Made by a program: the position numbers and the translations under genes
Origin: an uncultured Elusimicrobia bacterium
GTDB taxonomy: Bacteria > Elusimicrobiota > Elusimicrobia > UBA1565 > UBA9628
Assembly (NCBI GenBank): GCA_903830945.1
Contig: CAIKVT010000058.1
Location: 75,487-139,486, forward strand
Reading direction: 5' to 3'
DNA: 64,000 nt
The notes under the pieces: generated by a model
What the model saw: the letters and a program-made list of their open reading frames with translations, nothing else
The model's database searches: none
What the model was told of the DNA's origin: nothing
Shown: positions 8,480 to 17,486 of the stretch, in pieces
Layout of the letters: the number at the start of each line of letters is the position of its first letter
Position numbering within the stretch: position 1 is the first letter of the stretch

Positions 8480-9733
8480 ATGCACAACGAATCCCCAAGC
8501 ACCGAAGGCGCAAACATCCAATCGAACAACTTCCATGTCGCCAGCACTTGGGCGAGAGCGGCCGCCTGGTTTATCGATGGATTCGCCTGCTCTCTATTGC
8601 TCAGTCCATTGCTCGTCAGCCCCATAAAGGCTCTCCTGGCAGGTGATTCCGTGGTGCTCTCTCTCCCGAGGATCCTATCAGGGTGGGCCGTCGTATTCGT
8701 TTATGCAGTCGTTTTCAATAAACACAAGAATGCGACGCCCGGAAAGATGCTGTTCGGCCTCAAGATCATCCCCGTCGCGGCGGACCGGCTGGATCTGTCA
8801 TGGACGCAAGTCGTTCTAAGAAGAGCGACTGAGATGCTGTTGGGCCTGCCATTCTCATTAGCCCCTCAGGCGGTTGCGTTCTTCCGTCCCGATCGCAGGC
8901 AACTGGCAGATCTCGTGGCAGGGACACGCGTGGTTCAGGGATCTTCCAGGGGAAAGGATGCCAAGCCTCGCTGGATATTGGGCTCGCTGTGCATCATCTA
9001 TTTTGGGCTGACAGGCATTTCAAAATTTTTGATGACAGCCAGAAATATAACTCCCGACGGCCTTCGCATAACGCGATCGATGAGAGCACTCACGCCTGCC
9101 TCACGGACCGGGACTTCTTATCACTCTCCGGCTGAGGGGGATCCCACCGTCCCAGGCGTCAGCATCCGTCACAATCTTGACGCAGCCAAAGATATGGGCG
9201 AGGCCGCAGAGCTTTCCCGCAAGGCTTGCGACGCGGGAAGTGGTGAAAGCTGTTTCGATCTTGGCGTCATGTACACAAAAGGTCTCGGGGTGAGCAAAGA
9301 CATGGAGAAAGCCATGGACTTCTATCGCAAGGCCTGCGACATGAAGATCGGTCAAGGTTGTTTTAATCTCGGTGTCAAACACGCGATAGGCCCAGGCACA
9401 CCCGAAGACAGGAGGGAAGCCAGGGAGCTCTTCCTCAAGGCCTGCGATCTCGGGGAGGGCAGAAGCTGTATCAATCTGGGCAACCTGCATGAACAAGGAC
9501 AAGGTGTGCCCAAGGATATCGAAAAAGCATTGGTGTTTTATCGCAAAGCCTGCGATTTAGGGATGGCCGAGGGGTGCGACAAGACAAAACTCCTCAGCGG
9601 CAGACAGACGTCCGGCTTGACCAATAGACCGGACAACAGAGAGAGCAGCACCGACGAGATGAACTGCCCAATGGGGATGAAAGCCGTAGCCACCGGTAGT
9701 GCCTTCCAGCCCTGGAAATGCGTCTCTGAATAA
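8480..9733 (+). CDS. chimeric protein: N-terminal RDD-family membrane domain + C-terminal Sel1-like repeats
   Basis: RDD-like region (WARAAAWFIDG...TPGKMLFGLKIIPV...ADLVAGTRVVQ). At least 4 Sel1-type repeats (KACDAGSGESCFDLGVMYTKGLGVSKDMEKAMDFYRKAC and similar). Divergent from the 7399..8370 gene across an AT-rich promoter region. Start 8480 (ATG) preferred over 8417. Confidence 0.6.
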   Translation: MHNESPSTEGANIQSNNFHVASTWARAAAWFIDGFACSLLLSPLLVSPIKALLAGDSVVLSLPRILSGWAVVFVYAVVFNKHKNATPGKMLFGLKIIPVAADRLDLSWTQVVLRRATEMLLGLPFSLAPQAVAFFRPDRRQLADLVAGTRVVQGSSRGKDAKPRWILGSLCIIYFGLTGISKFLMTARNITPDGLRITRSMRALTPASRTGTSYHSPAEGDPTVPGVSIRHNLDAAKDMGEAAELSRKACDAGSGESCFDLGVMYTKGLGVSKDMEKAMDFYRKACDMKIGQGCFNLGVKHAIGPGTPEDRREARELFLKACDLGEGRSCINLGNLHEQGQGVPKDIEKALVFYRKACDLGMAEGCDKTKLLSGRQTSGLTNRPDNRESSTDEMNCPMGMKAVATGSAFQPWKCVSE

Positions 9734-9756
9734 GCCATCCCAATTTTACCCACTTG

Positions 9757-9794
9757 GCTTGCAGGTAGGATAAGCCCGCTTCGGGCTCGCCGCC
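9757..9794. repeat. 38-bp direct repeat, copy 2 (GCTTGcAGGTAGGATAAGCCCGCTTCGGGCTCGCCGCC)
   Basis: 37 of 38 identical to 5673-5710. Lies 23 bp downstream of the RDD-Sel1 gene stop. Confidence 0.7.
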
Positions 9795-9796
9795 TT

Positions 9797-9897
9797 CCCC
9801 TCAACGGCTGCGCCCAGTCGCATGGTATCGCAAAGCCGCCAATCAAGGCAATGCCGAAGCGAAAAACAAAATCGCCGAATTAGAGCGCACCAAATAG
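9797..9897 (+). pseudogene. orphan C-terminal fragment of a Sel1-repeat protein (…PVAWYRKAANQGNAEAKNKIAELERTK-stop), no start codon
   Basis: In-frame translation after repeat copy 2 gives a canonical Sel1 C-terminal repeat. An upstream in-frame TAG lies inside the repeat. Followed by the hairpin GGGTTG-GGCT-CAACCC. Confidence 0.4.
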
Positions 9898-10187
9898 GAC
9901 ACCACTTCCGGGGTTGGGCTCAACCCGAGTCATTTCTGCAGGCTCTTGAGAAAGGCCATCAACCCTGGCCGGTTATGCCAAGAGTGCGCTCTTCCTAAAT
10001 CGTGGACTTCGCAGGAATTTGGGGCCTTAGCTTTCGTCTCGAGGTCTACCCGGCGTAAATGTTTATCGTATCGAGGGAGACAGCCCGAGCCAAGCGCGAA
10101 TTGTATTTATATCGACACGATTGAGAAAAACTCGATCTGAAGCGGCGCGGCCCGCGATACTTGCCCTGCCGCTATTTCAGCGCACCC

Positions 10188-11102
10188 CTACTTGCAGTCT
10201 TCCGGACAGTTGCACTTGTTCTCGAACTTCTCGTCGCAGCCCCCATCGCCGCAGGCCAGGCATATCCCGGCGTAGCCGCCGATCGGCTGACCGCAGGCGG
10301 CCGCCACTGTCCTCTCGACAAGGCCCGCGCAGCATTGCGGGATGGTGTTATACCCCGGGCCGTTCGGCACGGGGGCTTCGCCGAGCTTCTTGCAGTTGGA
10401 GGGGGCCGAGAGGGCGCGCTTCCGGGCGCTCCAGGACTCGAGGACGCGGAATCCGGACTTGAAATCATTCAAGCCCTCGCGGCTCGGAGCCGGTGCAGGC
10501 GCCGGGCCCGCGCGCGGAGCGCTTACGAGCGCCAGGTACGTCGTCGCGTCATGGTCGAAGAGGGCCATGACGATGCCGTCGTAGTCGACCAGGCCCATCG
10601 GCTGTTTGAGGAGCCACGGGGTCCTGGCGAACTGCCGGCCCCAGGACGCGATGTCCTTGTCGTCGCCGAGTTTCTTCGCCAGGCAAGAGCCAGGGCTGCC
10701 CGATTTTAAATCAAGGACCGCGTAGGGCTTGCCCGCGATGAAGGCCCAGGTCTGAAATCGCGAGGCGCCCTTAAGGAGTGCTTTCAGCCCCGCCGGGTCC
10801 TGCGCGGAGAGACGTCTGAACTCATCATCCTGCAGGTGATGTGTGGGCATCGGCACACCTAAGGAGATGTCTCCTTCATCGAGCGAGAGCCTGTCCCGTC
10901 TTGCCCAATCGACGATGCCGGGGCGCATCTTCTCATAGCACTTGCGGGCTTCCTGGGTCGGCGTCGCCGCTGACACGCGCAGCGGCAGTCCGAGCAGGAG
11001 CGCCAAGCCGCAGGTCAGGGCAGCCAAGGCGATGCCTCGAAGCCGCAGCTTAGCGCCTCGCCACGCCGGCCAGATGGTCCAAAGCCTCGCGCAGCCCCTC
11101 AT
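10188..11102 (-). CDS. secreted protein with Cys-rich C-terminus (hypothetical)
   Basis: Signal peptide (RLRGIALAALTCGLALLLGLPLRVSAA). Last 60 aa contain 11 Cys (CCAGL...CGQ...CLACGDGGCDEKFENKCNCPEDCK). The track start at 11102 overlaps the upstream gene by 52 nt. The true start is probably an internal CTG/TTG near 11047 after a GAGG. Confidence 0.5.
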   Translation of the reverse strand: MRGCARLWTIWPAWRGAKLRLRGIALAALTCGLALLLGLPLRVSAATPTQEARKCYEKMRPGIVDWARRDRLSLDEGDISLGVPMPTHHLQDDEFRRLSAQDPAGLKALLKGASRFQTWAFIAGKPYAVLDLKSGSPGSCLAKKLGDDKDIASWGRQFARTPWLLKQPMGLVDYDGIVMALFDHDATTYLALVSAPRAGPAPAPAPSREGLNDFKSGFRVLESWSARKRALSAPSNCKKLGEAPVPNGPGYNTIPQCCAGLVERTVAAACGQPIGGYAGICLACGDGGCDEKFENKCNCPEDCK

Positions 11103-12024
11103 GCACGGCCTTGACCGCCGCCGGCTTCCAGGAGCTCTGGGCCTCGCGCAGGAATGACGTCTTGTCCACCCGGTTGTCGAAGCGCGCCACCGGGAGGTGA
11201 TAGGTCTTGCCGTGCGCCTTGACGGTGACGGTCCCGGGCTGCTCCGAATTCTTGAGCAGCCACTCCATGTCGTCCTGACCGTAGTCGTTGAGCATGACCT
11301 CGATGGGCACGCCGTGGTGTAGGATCGACCCTGGGTCCTTCGGGTTGCTGCGGGCTTGGTTCTTGCGGCGCGATTCCTCGGGAGTCACCCAGATGTAGAG
11401 GATGGCGGCCGTTTCGAGTAGCTTGGGCGAGAGCCGGCCCAGAGAATATCGGTAGCCGAATGGCTCGGCCAGGGGCTGCTGGGCGTTGAGCGGGCCGCCC
11501 CGGGCGAATTCGATGACTAAAGTCTTGCTATCGAAAGTGTCGGGATAGCTCTCCTGCTTCTCCTTGATCATCTTGCTGGCTTCTGTCTCCAGGGAATCAG
11601 CCAGCTTTATCCTGTGGGATTTATCGAGTTGTCCCAGCCGCGCCGGGGCGCCGACTTTGACTGAAGCGCGGTCGAAGCGGTCCAAGAGGTCCAAGGTCGC
11701 GGATTTTGGATTGAGGAATCTCTTGCGCAGCAGGTCCTCGTGGTCCTCATTGATCAGCTCGATCAGTGTGCCCCAATCCAGGGCATTGCGGAAGGGATGC
11801 TCCGGGGATTGGAAGAACACACGTTCATGGCCCATGCTCACCAGTTCGTCGTCGACGCGCCGCATCATGTGCACGTAAGGGAAATCGTCGAGCTGCACGC
11901 TGTTGCCCATGTGGAAGTCCTGGCGCCGCAAGTCCGCGGGCATCAGGTCCAGATAACGACGCACCTCGGATTTTCCCGAGGCGGGCAGGGCGAGCAGCAG
12001 GACGGTGTCGAGGACCTTGTTCAT
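11050..12024 (-). CDS. P-loop NTPase / kinase-like protein (324 aa), function unknown
   Basis: Start ATG 12024 (MNKVLDTV). Walker-A-like LLLALPASGKSE. The track ORF extends to 12468, but that N-terminal 148 aa is antisense of the upstream gene. ATGA-coupled to the 12021..13121 gene. Confidence 0.6.
   Translation of the reverse strand: MNKVLDTVLLLALPASGKSEVRRYLDLMPADLRRQDFHMGNSVQLDDFPYVHMMRRVDDELVSMGHERVFFQSPEHPFRNALDWGTLIELINEDHEDLLRKRFLNPKSATLDLLDRFDRASVKVGAPARLGQLDKSHRIKLADSLETEASKMIKEKQESYPDTFDSKTLVIEFARGGPLNAQQPLAEPFGYRYSLGRLSPKLLETAAILYIWVTPEESRRKNQARSNPKDPGSILHHGVPIEVMLNDYGQDDMEWLLKNSEQPGTVTVKAHGKTYHLPVARFDNRVDKTSFLREAQSSWKPAAVKAVHEGLREALDHLAGVARR
11061..11098. repeat. 38-bp repeat, complete copy at the 3' end of the P-loop gene (partner of 3571-3608)
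   Basis: CCACGCCGGCCAGATGGTCCAAAGCCTCGCGCAGCCCC. On the minus strand it encodes ...HEGLREALDHLAG. Confidence 0.6.
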
Positions 12025-13121
12025 GACTTGACCTCCAGGGGTCGCATTGGGATCTCGTTGGCCTTGGCCAGCTCGAAGACGCGCTTCTTCTCGGCCAGCG
12101 AGAGGAAGCCTACGGCTACCAGGATGAGCGCCAGCGAGCACCAGTCCGCCGGGCTCGGGAACTTGGCGCCGAAGATGAAGAAGGAGAGCAGCGTCGCCGT
12201 GGTGCCGGCTACCAGCGAGGTCAGGCGATTGACCAGGCCGGCGAAGGTGGCCGTGCGGCCTTTGAACATGAAGATGAAGACCGAGAAGAAGGCCACCATG
12301 CCGTAGACAGCGCCCGCGCCGGTGGCGGGAAACCAGCGGGGGTGGATATGTCTCAGGGCGGCGTGGAACTCGAGTACGGGCCGGGCCGAAGACGAGCTGG
12401 TGAATAGGCCGAGCGTGATGAGGGCCATGGCTACGGAGGCCGAGATCTGTTCGATGGAGAAGAACCACTTGTTGTCGAGCGGCGCGCCCTTGGGCCGGGT
12501 GTTCTTGTAGTAGTTCATGATGTAGATGCGCAGCGCGTAGGCGCAGATGTAGCTCGACAGCACGGCCATGGCCGTGCTGTTCTTGAGGAAATCGAAGTCT
12601 TCGCTGCGGGCCAGGAAGACTTGCGTGGCGGCCGCGGCTACGGCGAAGACCACCGCCACATTCTCTTCCCAGTACACCTTTTTATGCAGGATGCCCTGGC
12701 GGATCTGCGCCTCGTCGACCAGGCGGCTGATGACGATGACGCTGGCCCGCATGATGACCATGGCGACCATCACGGACTTGAGCAGCATGTACATCAAGGT
12801 CGTAGTCGGGATGACCACGGCCGTGCACACGCCCGAGGGGATGATGTAGGCGCATTCCGCGGGCAGACGCAGCGGGCCCAGACGCACGAAGCGGTCGGTC
12901 TTGGTGCGGTACCACCCCGCGGCCAGCACCACGATCAGGCAGATGAGCGAGCCGCCCAAGGTGCTCCAGACCAAAAACTCCATGTCCGTCATGGCCGGCG
13001 TCACTATGGCGTAATGGCCTGTGAAGCACTTGGTGGCCACGCCGAAGATGACGTAGAAGAAGTAGTAGGCCAGGCAGAGCTGGACCAGGCGGCCGGTGGA
13101 GCCTTCAGCGGTCTTCCACAT
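12021..13121 (-). CDS. polytopic integral membrane protein (about 10 TM), function unknown
   Basis: 366 aa with many hydrophobic helices. Stop overlaps the P-loop gene start. Start overlaps the fumarase stop (TGATG). Confidence 0.6.
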   Translation of the reverse strand: MWKTAEGSTGRLVQLCLAYYFFYVIFGVATKCFTGHYAIVTPAMTDMEFLVWSTLGGSLICLIVVLAAGWYRTKTDRFVRLGPLRLPAECAYIIPSGVCTAVVIPTTTLMYMLLKSVMVAMVIMRASVIVISRLVDEAQIRQGILHKKVYWEENVAVVFAVAAAATQVFLARSEDFDFLKNSTAMAVLSSYICAYALRIYIMNYYKNTRPKGAPLDNKWFFSIEQISASVAMALITLGLFTSSSSARPVLEFHAALRHIHPRWFPATGAGAVYGMVAFFSVFIFMFKGRTATFAGLVNRLTSLVAGTTATLLSFFIFGAKFPSPADWCSLALILVAVGFLSLAEKKRVFELAKANEIPMRPLEVKS

Positions 13122-14809
13122 CAGGAGCCTCTGGGCGCGGGATGCAGCGGCAGGGGCTTGGCCGCCGCCAGGGGGCAGAGGTTGCGGTAGAAGTCGTTGC
13201 CCTTGTCGTCGATGAGGATGAAGGCCGGGAAGTCGACGACATCTATGGAGTAGACCGCCTCCATGCCCAGCTCAGGGTATTCTAGAAGTTCGACTTTCTT
13301 GATGCATCGCTGTGCCAGTACCGCGGCTGGGCCGCCGATAGTGCCCAGGTAGAAGCCGCCGTGCCTTTTGCAAGCCTCGGTCACGACCGGGCTGCGGTTG
13401 CCCTTAGCGATCATGACAAGAGACGCCCCGTGATCCTGGAAGAGGTCCACGTAGGAGTCCATGCGGCCGGCCGTGGTGGGGCCCAGCGAGCCCGAGGCCT
13501 TGCCCGGAGGTGTCTTGGCCGGGCCGGCGTAGAGCACGGGATGGTCCTTGAGGTATTGCGGCAGGCCCTCGCCGCGGTCGAGGCGTTCCTTGAATTTGGC
13601 GTGGGCGATGTCGCGCGCCACGATGATGCGGCCGCAGAGCGAGAGCCGCGTGGCGACCGGATGCTTGGAGAGCTCGGCCAGGACCTCGGTCATGGGCCGG
13701 TCGAGGTCCACGCGGATCGCTTCATCGGCGCCCTTGCGGCGCTGCGCGGCCGGGATGAGTTTCTCGGGATGGCGCTCCAGGGCCTCGAGCCAGATGCCGG
13801 ACTTGTCGATCTTGGCGAGCATGCTGCGGTCCGCGGAGCAGGAGACGGCCATCCCCACTGGGCAGGACGCGCCGTGCCGGGGCAGGCGGATGACGCGCAC
13901 GTCGTGGGCGAGGTGCTTGCCCCCGAACTGGGCGCCGAAGCCGGACTTACGCGCGGCCTCCAGGAGCTCGTTTTCCAGGCACAGGTCGCGGAAGGCCCGG
14001 CCGTGGCTATCTCCGCTGGCGGGAAGGGCGTCGTAATAGCCGGTCGAGGCGAGTTTGACGGTCTTAAGACAAGCGTCGGCCGAGGTTCCGCCCACGACGA
14101 AAGCGATGTGATACGGCGGGCAGGCGGCGGTGCCCAGGGATCTCATCTTCTCGGTCAGGAACTTCTTCAAGGATGCGGGGTTGAGCAGGGCCTTGGTCTC
14201 CTGATAGAGCACGGTCTTGTTGGCCGAGCCCCCGCCCTTGGCTATGAAGAGGAACTTGTACTCCATGCCCGGCGTAGCGTAGATGTCGATCTGGGCGGGC
14301 AGGTTGTTTCCGGAGTTCTTCTCCTCGTACATGTCCAGGGCTACGGTCTGTGAGTAGCGCAGGTTCTCCTGGGTGTAGGTCTGCCAGACGCCGCGCGTGA
14401 GCCATTCTGCGTCATCGGCCCCGGTCCAGACGTTTTGACCTTTCCATGCCGTGATGGTGGCCGTGCCGGTGTCTTGGCAGAAGGGGAGTTCGAACTCGGC
14501 GGAGATGACGGAGTTCTCCAGCATGGCGAGGGCCACGAACTTGTCGTTGGCCGAGGCTTCGCGATCTTTAAGGATGGCGGCTACTTGGCGCTGGTGCGCG
14601 GGGCGCAGCAGGAAGGAGATGTCGCGCATGGCTTCTTTGGCGAGCTGCGCCAGGGCCTGGGGTTCGACTCTCAAGATGGGTCGGCCTTCGAATTTGGAGA
14701 CGCTGATGCCGGTCTTGGTCAGCAGGCGATACTTGGCGCGGTCCTTACCGAGCGGGAAGGGGGGGTGGTATTCGAATCGAGCCGCCGGAGTGGGCCTCGC
14801 ACGCTTCAT
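13121..14809 (-). CDS. fumA: class I (Fe-S) fumarate hydratase / tartrate dehydratase-like, fused alpha+beta
   Basis: 562 aa. Diagnostic class I fumarase regions ([36 protein letters not shown]). Confidence 0.85.
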   Translation of the reverse strand: MKRARPTPAARFEYHPPFPLGKDRAKYRLLTKTGISVSKFEGRPILRVEPQALAQLAKEAMRDISFLLRPAHQRQVAAILKDREASANDKFVALAMLENSVISAEFELPFCQDTGTATITAWKGQNVWTGADDAEWLTRGVWQTYTQENLRYSQTVALDMYEEKNSGNNLPAQIDIYATPGMEYKFLFIAKGGGSANKTVLYQETKALLNPASLKKFLTEKMRSLGTAACPPYHIAFVVGGTSADACLKTVKLASTGYYDALPASGDSHGRAFRDLCLENELLEAARKSGFGAQFGGKHLAHDVRVIRLPRHGASCPVGMAVSCSADRSMLAKIDKSGIWLEALERHPEKLIPAAQRRKGADEAIRVDLDRPMTEVLAELSKHPVATRLSLCGRIIVARDIAHAKFKERLDRGEGLPQYLKDHPVLYAGPAKTPPGKASGSLGPTTAGRMDSYVDLFQDHGASLVMIAKGNRSPVVTEACKRHGGFYLGTIGGPAAVLAQRCIKKVELLEYPELGMEAVYSIDVVDFPAFILIDDKGNDFYRNLCPLAAAKPLPLHPAPRGS

Positions 14810-14930
14810 GATGGGATTCTACAATAAAAATCGGGCCGCCGTTCTCGCCGGCCAGATCGCTCCAAGGAATGGAGCTGGGGATGGTAGGGCGCCGGGTCGT
14901 TCGTCCCGGCCTGAAGCGGCGAAAGTGATG

Positions 14931-17486
14931 TTATTTCCATGATAAACCATGAAAAAAATAGGATAGCGTTCTCGCTTCGATAATTGCGATATCCTTGAGG
15001 AAATCCCAGATCATCCTTAAGGTTACCGGTGATTCCGAGCGGGCTTTCGCCGAGATGAGCCAGCTGGCCCCATGGCTTGCGACATAACCTAAGAATGCCC
15101 CGATATATATCTCATTGGCGGAGACATGTTGCCGTCGGCCTTCGACATCGCGTTTTAGCTGGGTGTTGACGTCTTGGAGTTCCGCCTCGAGGAACATTTT
15201 CGACCGATTGAACAGCAGGAGCTCCCTCGGCACGGGGAATCCGCGGCTGTGGGCCGAGGCGATTAAGTTGGAGACCCTGTCGCTGAGATTCAAGTCGCGC
15301 CGGTAGAGGTCCTGGAGATAATCGGAAAACGATGCCGCGGCGCGCAGCGGCAATATGCCCATGTCCTCAAGGGCCTTCACGGTATGCTCGGTTGAGCGCG
15401 TTGCCGCGCTCAGCATCATCGCCGCCAGTCCACGGCGTAAGGGCAATGTGAAAGAGCCGCAATTGCCGAAATCGATCAAAGTCAGGAGATCGGGCGACTT
15501 GGCGTCGGGGCCGGCTTCCAGGAAAATATTTCCTGGGTGAAGGTCGGCATGGAAGAAACCGCTGCCGAAGATCGCCTCCACGAACCAGATCCTGAGCAGG
15601 CGGGCCAGGGCGTTTTCCAACGCTGGGGTTCTTTCGCTCTTCGCGATCCGGGAGAGTTCCCGGCCCGGCGCCAGCGTGATGACCAGCACGTCCTCTTTGA
15701 CCGGCACGCCTTGAGCCAAGCCGACTGCGTTGATGCCCTGTTCTGGTTTCTGGTAAACCCGGGCTAAGCTCATGTTGGCCGCTTCTCTTCGGAAATCAAT
15801 CTCTGCGGCGAGCACCTCCTTTGTTTCGTCCACTAGGTTGGCGAAGTTTTGGTCTGCCGTGATCTTCCGGAGCAGCGTTATTTCCTTGGCGACTTGACGC
15901 TTGATGCCCGGACGTCGGACCTTCAAAACGACTGGTTCGCCGGTCCCCTTGAGTTTGGCTCGGTGTACTTGCCCTATGGTGCCGGCGGCTAGGGGTTGAT
16001 CGCTGAAATCGAAGAACAGATCGTCGATAGGACGGCCTAGGCTCCGGGTGACCTCTTGCTTCGCGGTTTTGGGATCGAAAGGCTGGACTTGTGACAATAA
16101 CCGGCTCATGACCCGCCGGATATGGGGCGAGGTGGAGCGGCTGCCCGCCAGTTGGAAGAATTTCTGCATGACCGGGCCCATCCTTTGGACGATGGCCGCC
16201 AGCTGCATCTCCGAGGATGAGTCGGGCGGCAGGCGCAGAAGGCACAGGATCATTTCCCGTTTGTCCGTGCAGGACATGTGTCGGAAATACTCCAGTAGGA
16301 TCTTGGCGAGGGTCTGCGCGTTGAGCGCGGGATATTCCGGTATGCTCAGTGAATCCGCTTGGCCGGCCAAGAGGAGCACGATGTCCGTCTCTCCGAGGTC
16401 TAAATCGGCGATCTGCTCGTTGATGCCGTTGGCCAGCTCCGTGAAAGGACGGTCCCCCAGCCAGCCGAGTATCTCCAATCTCTCTCGGGGGGGCGCTTGG
16501 GCGAATTCGTGGGCCATGCCGAGAACGGATTGTTTATACAGTTTGCGCGCAAGCGGCAGCCGGGCGATAGGCGGCATGTGCCACTGGGCCGCCAGCTCAT
16601 CGAGCAACTTCCAAAAGCAGTGATACAGCGAGTCCGTGGATTTGTCGGCGAAAGGGAATGTTTTTTGCAGGTCAGCGTTTTTTGAGAAAGTTTTGGGCGA
16701 CCAGCCCTGGGCGAGTCGGACGAGGACTTCCGGGTATTTGGCGAAAGCTACGCGCATCCCTTGGGCGCGCCTCGCCGGCTCCCGCCCCGAGGCGGACACG
16801 GCCTCTTCGAGAAATGAGCGGATGATCTTCGCGTCATTTTGTCCCTCGGGGCGATTGAAAAGTCCGGCAGCCTTATGTCTGGGCTCGGCGTGATCGCCGG
16901 TCTGAGCCGGGGCGGGTCGTGAAATCCTCGTCGCGTCGGCTGCGGGACGGCCGGTGGCGCCTTCCAAGACGCGTTGGAGTTCGGTGCCGCTCTGGCGCAG
17001 GCTGGTCGCGGATGAATCTCGGCTCGCGACGATATCCAACTGCGGCGCGGCTTGCGCGCTTAAGCCGCTGACCGTGGAAGCCAGCCTGGTCCTGGCCGAG
17101 GGGACCGCCGGTGATCCGGGAATGGCGCTGGTGGGGAGCGCTGCCGGGTTGCTTGGACTGGGGCTTATTTTCGGGACAAGGCCGTCTTGCAATGGAGCGG
17201 CTAAGACTGGCATCTGGCTGATGGGGGAGACCGGCGGGGCGACGCCTATGGACGATGAGTTGGAGAGGCTGGCAGGGGAGAGTCGGGGGCTGCCGGGATT
17301 GGCATGCAGGAAGGACACTTTGGATTTCCCGGTTTTTCCGGCGATCGCGGAGCCGGTGCCCAAGATCGGTATGCTGGCTATTGAGCCGGAGGCTGCGTAG
17401 CACTCCAGGCCGGGAGAAAACAGGATCAGTGCGAGGCTGAGCGCTGAGCTAGTCGATGCTTTGCAGAGTCTTCGGGTCTTAGACAT
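14931..17486 (-). CDS. ABC1/UbiB-family atypical protein kinase with N-terminal signal peptide and about 250-aa Pro/Ser/Ala-rich low-complexity region
   Basis: AAGTIGQVHRAKL...VVLKVRRPGI (ATP-binding Lys), DFRREAAN, HADLHPGNIF, IDFG motifs of the ABC1/ADCK family. N-terminus MSKTRRLCKASTSSALSLALILFSPGLECYAA is signal-like. Confidence 0.8.
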   Translation of the reverse strand: MSKTRRLCKASTSSALSLALILFSPGLECYAASGSIASIPILGTGSAIAGKTGKSKVSFLHANPGSPRLSPASLSNSSSIGVAPPVSPISQMPVLAAPLQDGLVPKISPSPSNPAALPTSAIPGSPAVPSARTRLASTVSGLSAQAAPQLDIVASRDSSATSLRQSGTELQRVLEGATGRPAADATRISRPAPAQTGDHAEPRHKAAGLFNRPEGQNDAKIIRSFLEEAVSASGREPARRAQGMRVAFAKYPEVLVRLAQGWSPKTFSKNADLQKTFPFADKSTDSLYHCFWKLLDELAAQWHMPPIARLPLARKLYKQSVLGMAHEFAQAPPRERLEILGWLGDRPFTELANGINEQIADLDLGETDIVLLLAGQADSLSIPEYPALNAQTLAKILLEYFRHMSCTDKREMILCLLRLPPDSSSEMQLAAIVQRMGPVMQKFFQLAGSRSTSPHIRRVMSRLLSQVQPFDPKTAKQEVTRSLGRPIDDLFFDFSDQPLAAGTIGQVHRAKLKGTGEPVVLKVRRPGIKRQVAKEITLLRKITADQNFANLVDETKEVLAAEIDFRREAANMSLARVYQKPEQGINAVGLAQGVPVKEDVLVITLAPGRELSRIAKSERTPALENALARLLRIWFVEAIFGSGFFHADLHPGNIFLEAGPDAKSPDLLTLIDFGNCGSFTLPLRRGLAAMMLSAATRSTEHTVKALEDMGILPLRAAASFSDYLQDLYRRDLNLSDRVSNLIASAHSRGFPVPRELLLFNRSKMFLEAELQDVNTQLKRDVEGRRQHVSANEIYIGAFLGYVASHGASWLISAKARSESPVTLRMIWDFLKDIAIIEARTLSYFFHGLSWK

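Noticed and set aside
3421-11110. Integrase, transposase or relaxase inside the putative island
   Set aside because: No ORF shows the tyrosine-recombinase R..HxxR..Y, the serine-recombinase, the DDE or the HUH motifs by eye. This absence is reported as such rather than forcing a call on the 346-aa unknown protein.
11050-12468. 472-aa version of the P-loop gene
   Set aside because: The N-terminal 148 aa (RHRRGRCLRHGG...) are antisense of the upstream membrane-protein gene. The ATG at 12024 (MNKVLD) gives a compact gene overlapping that gene's stop by 4 nt.
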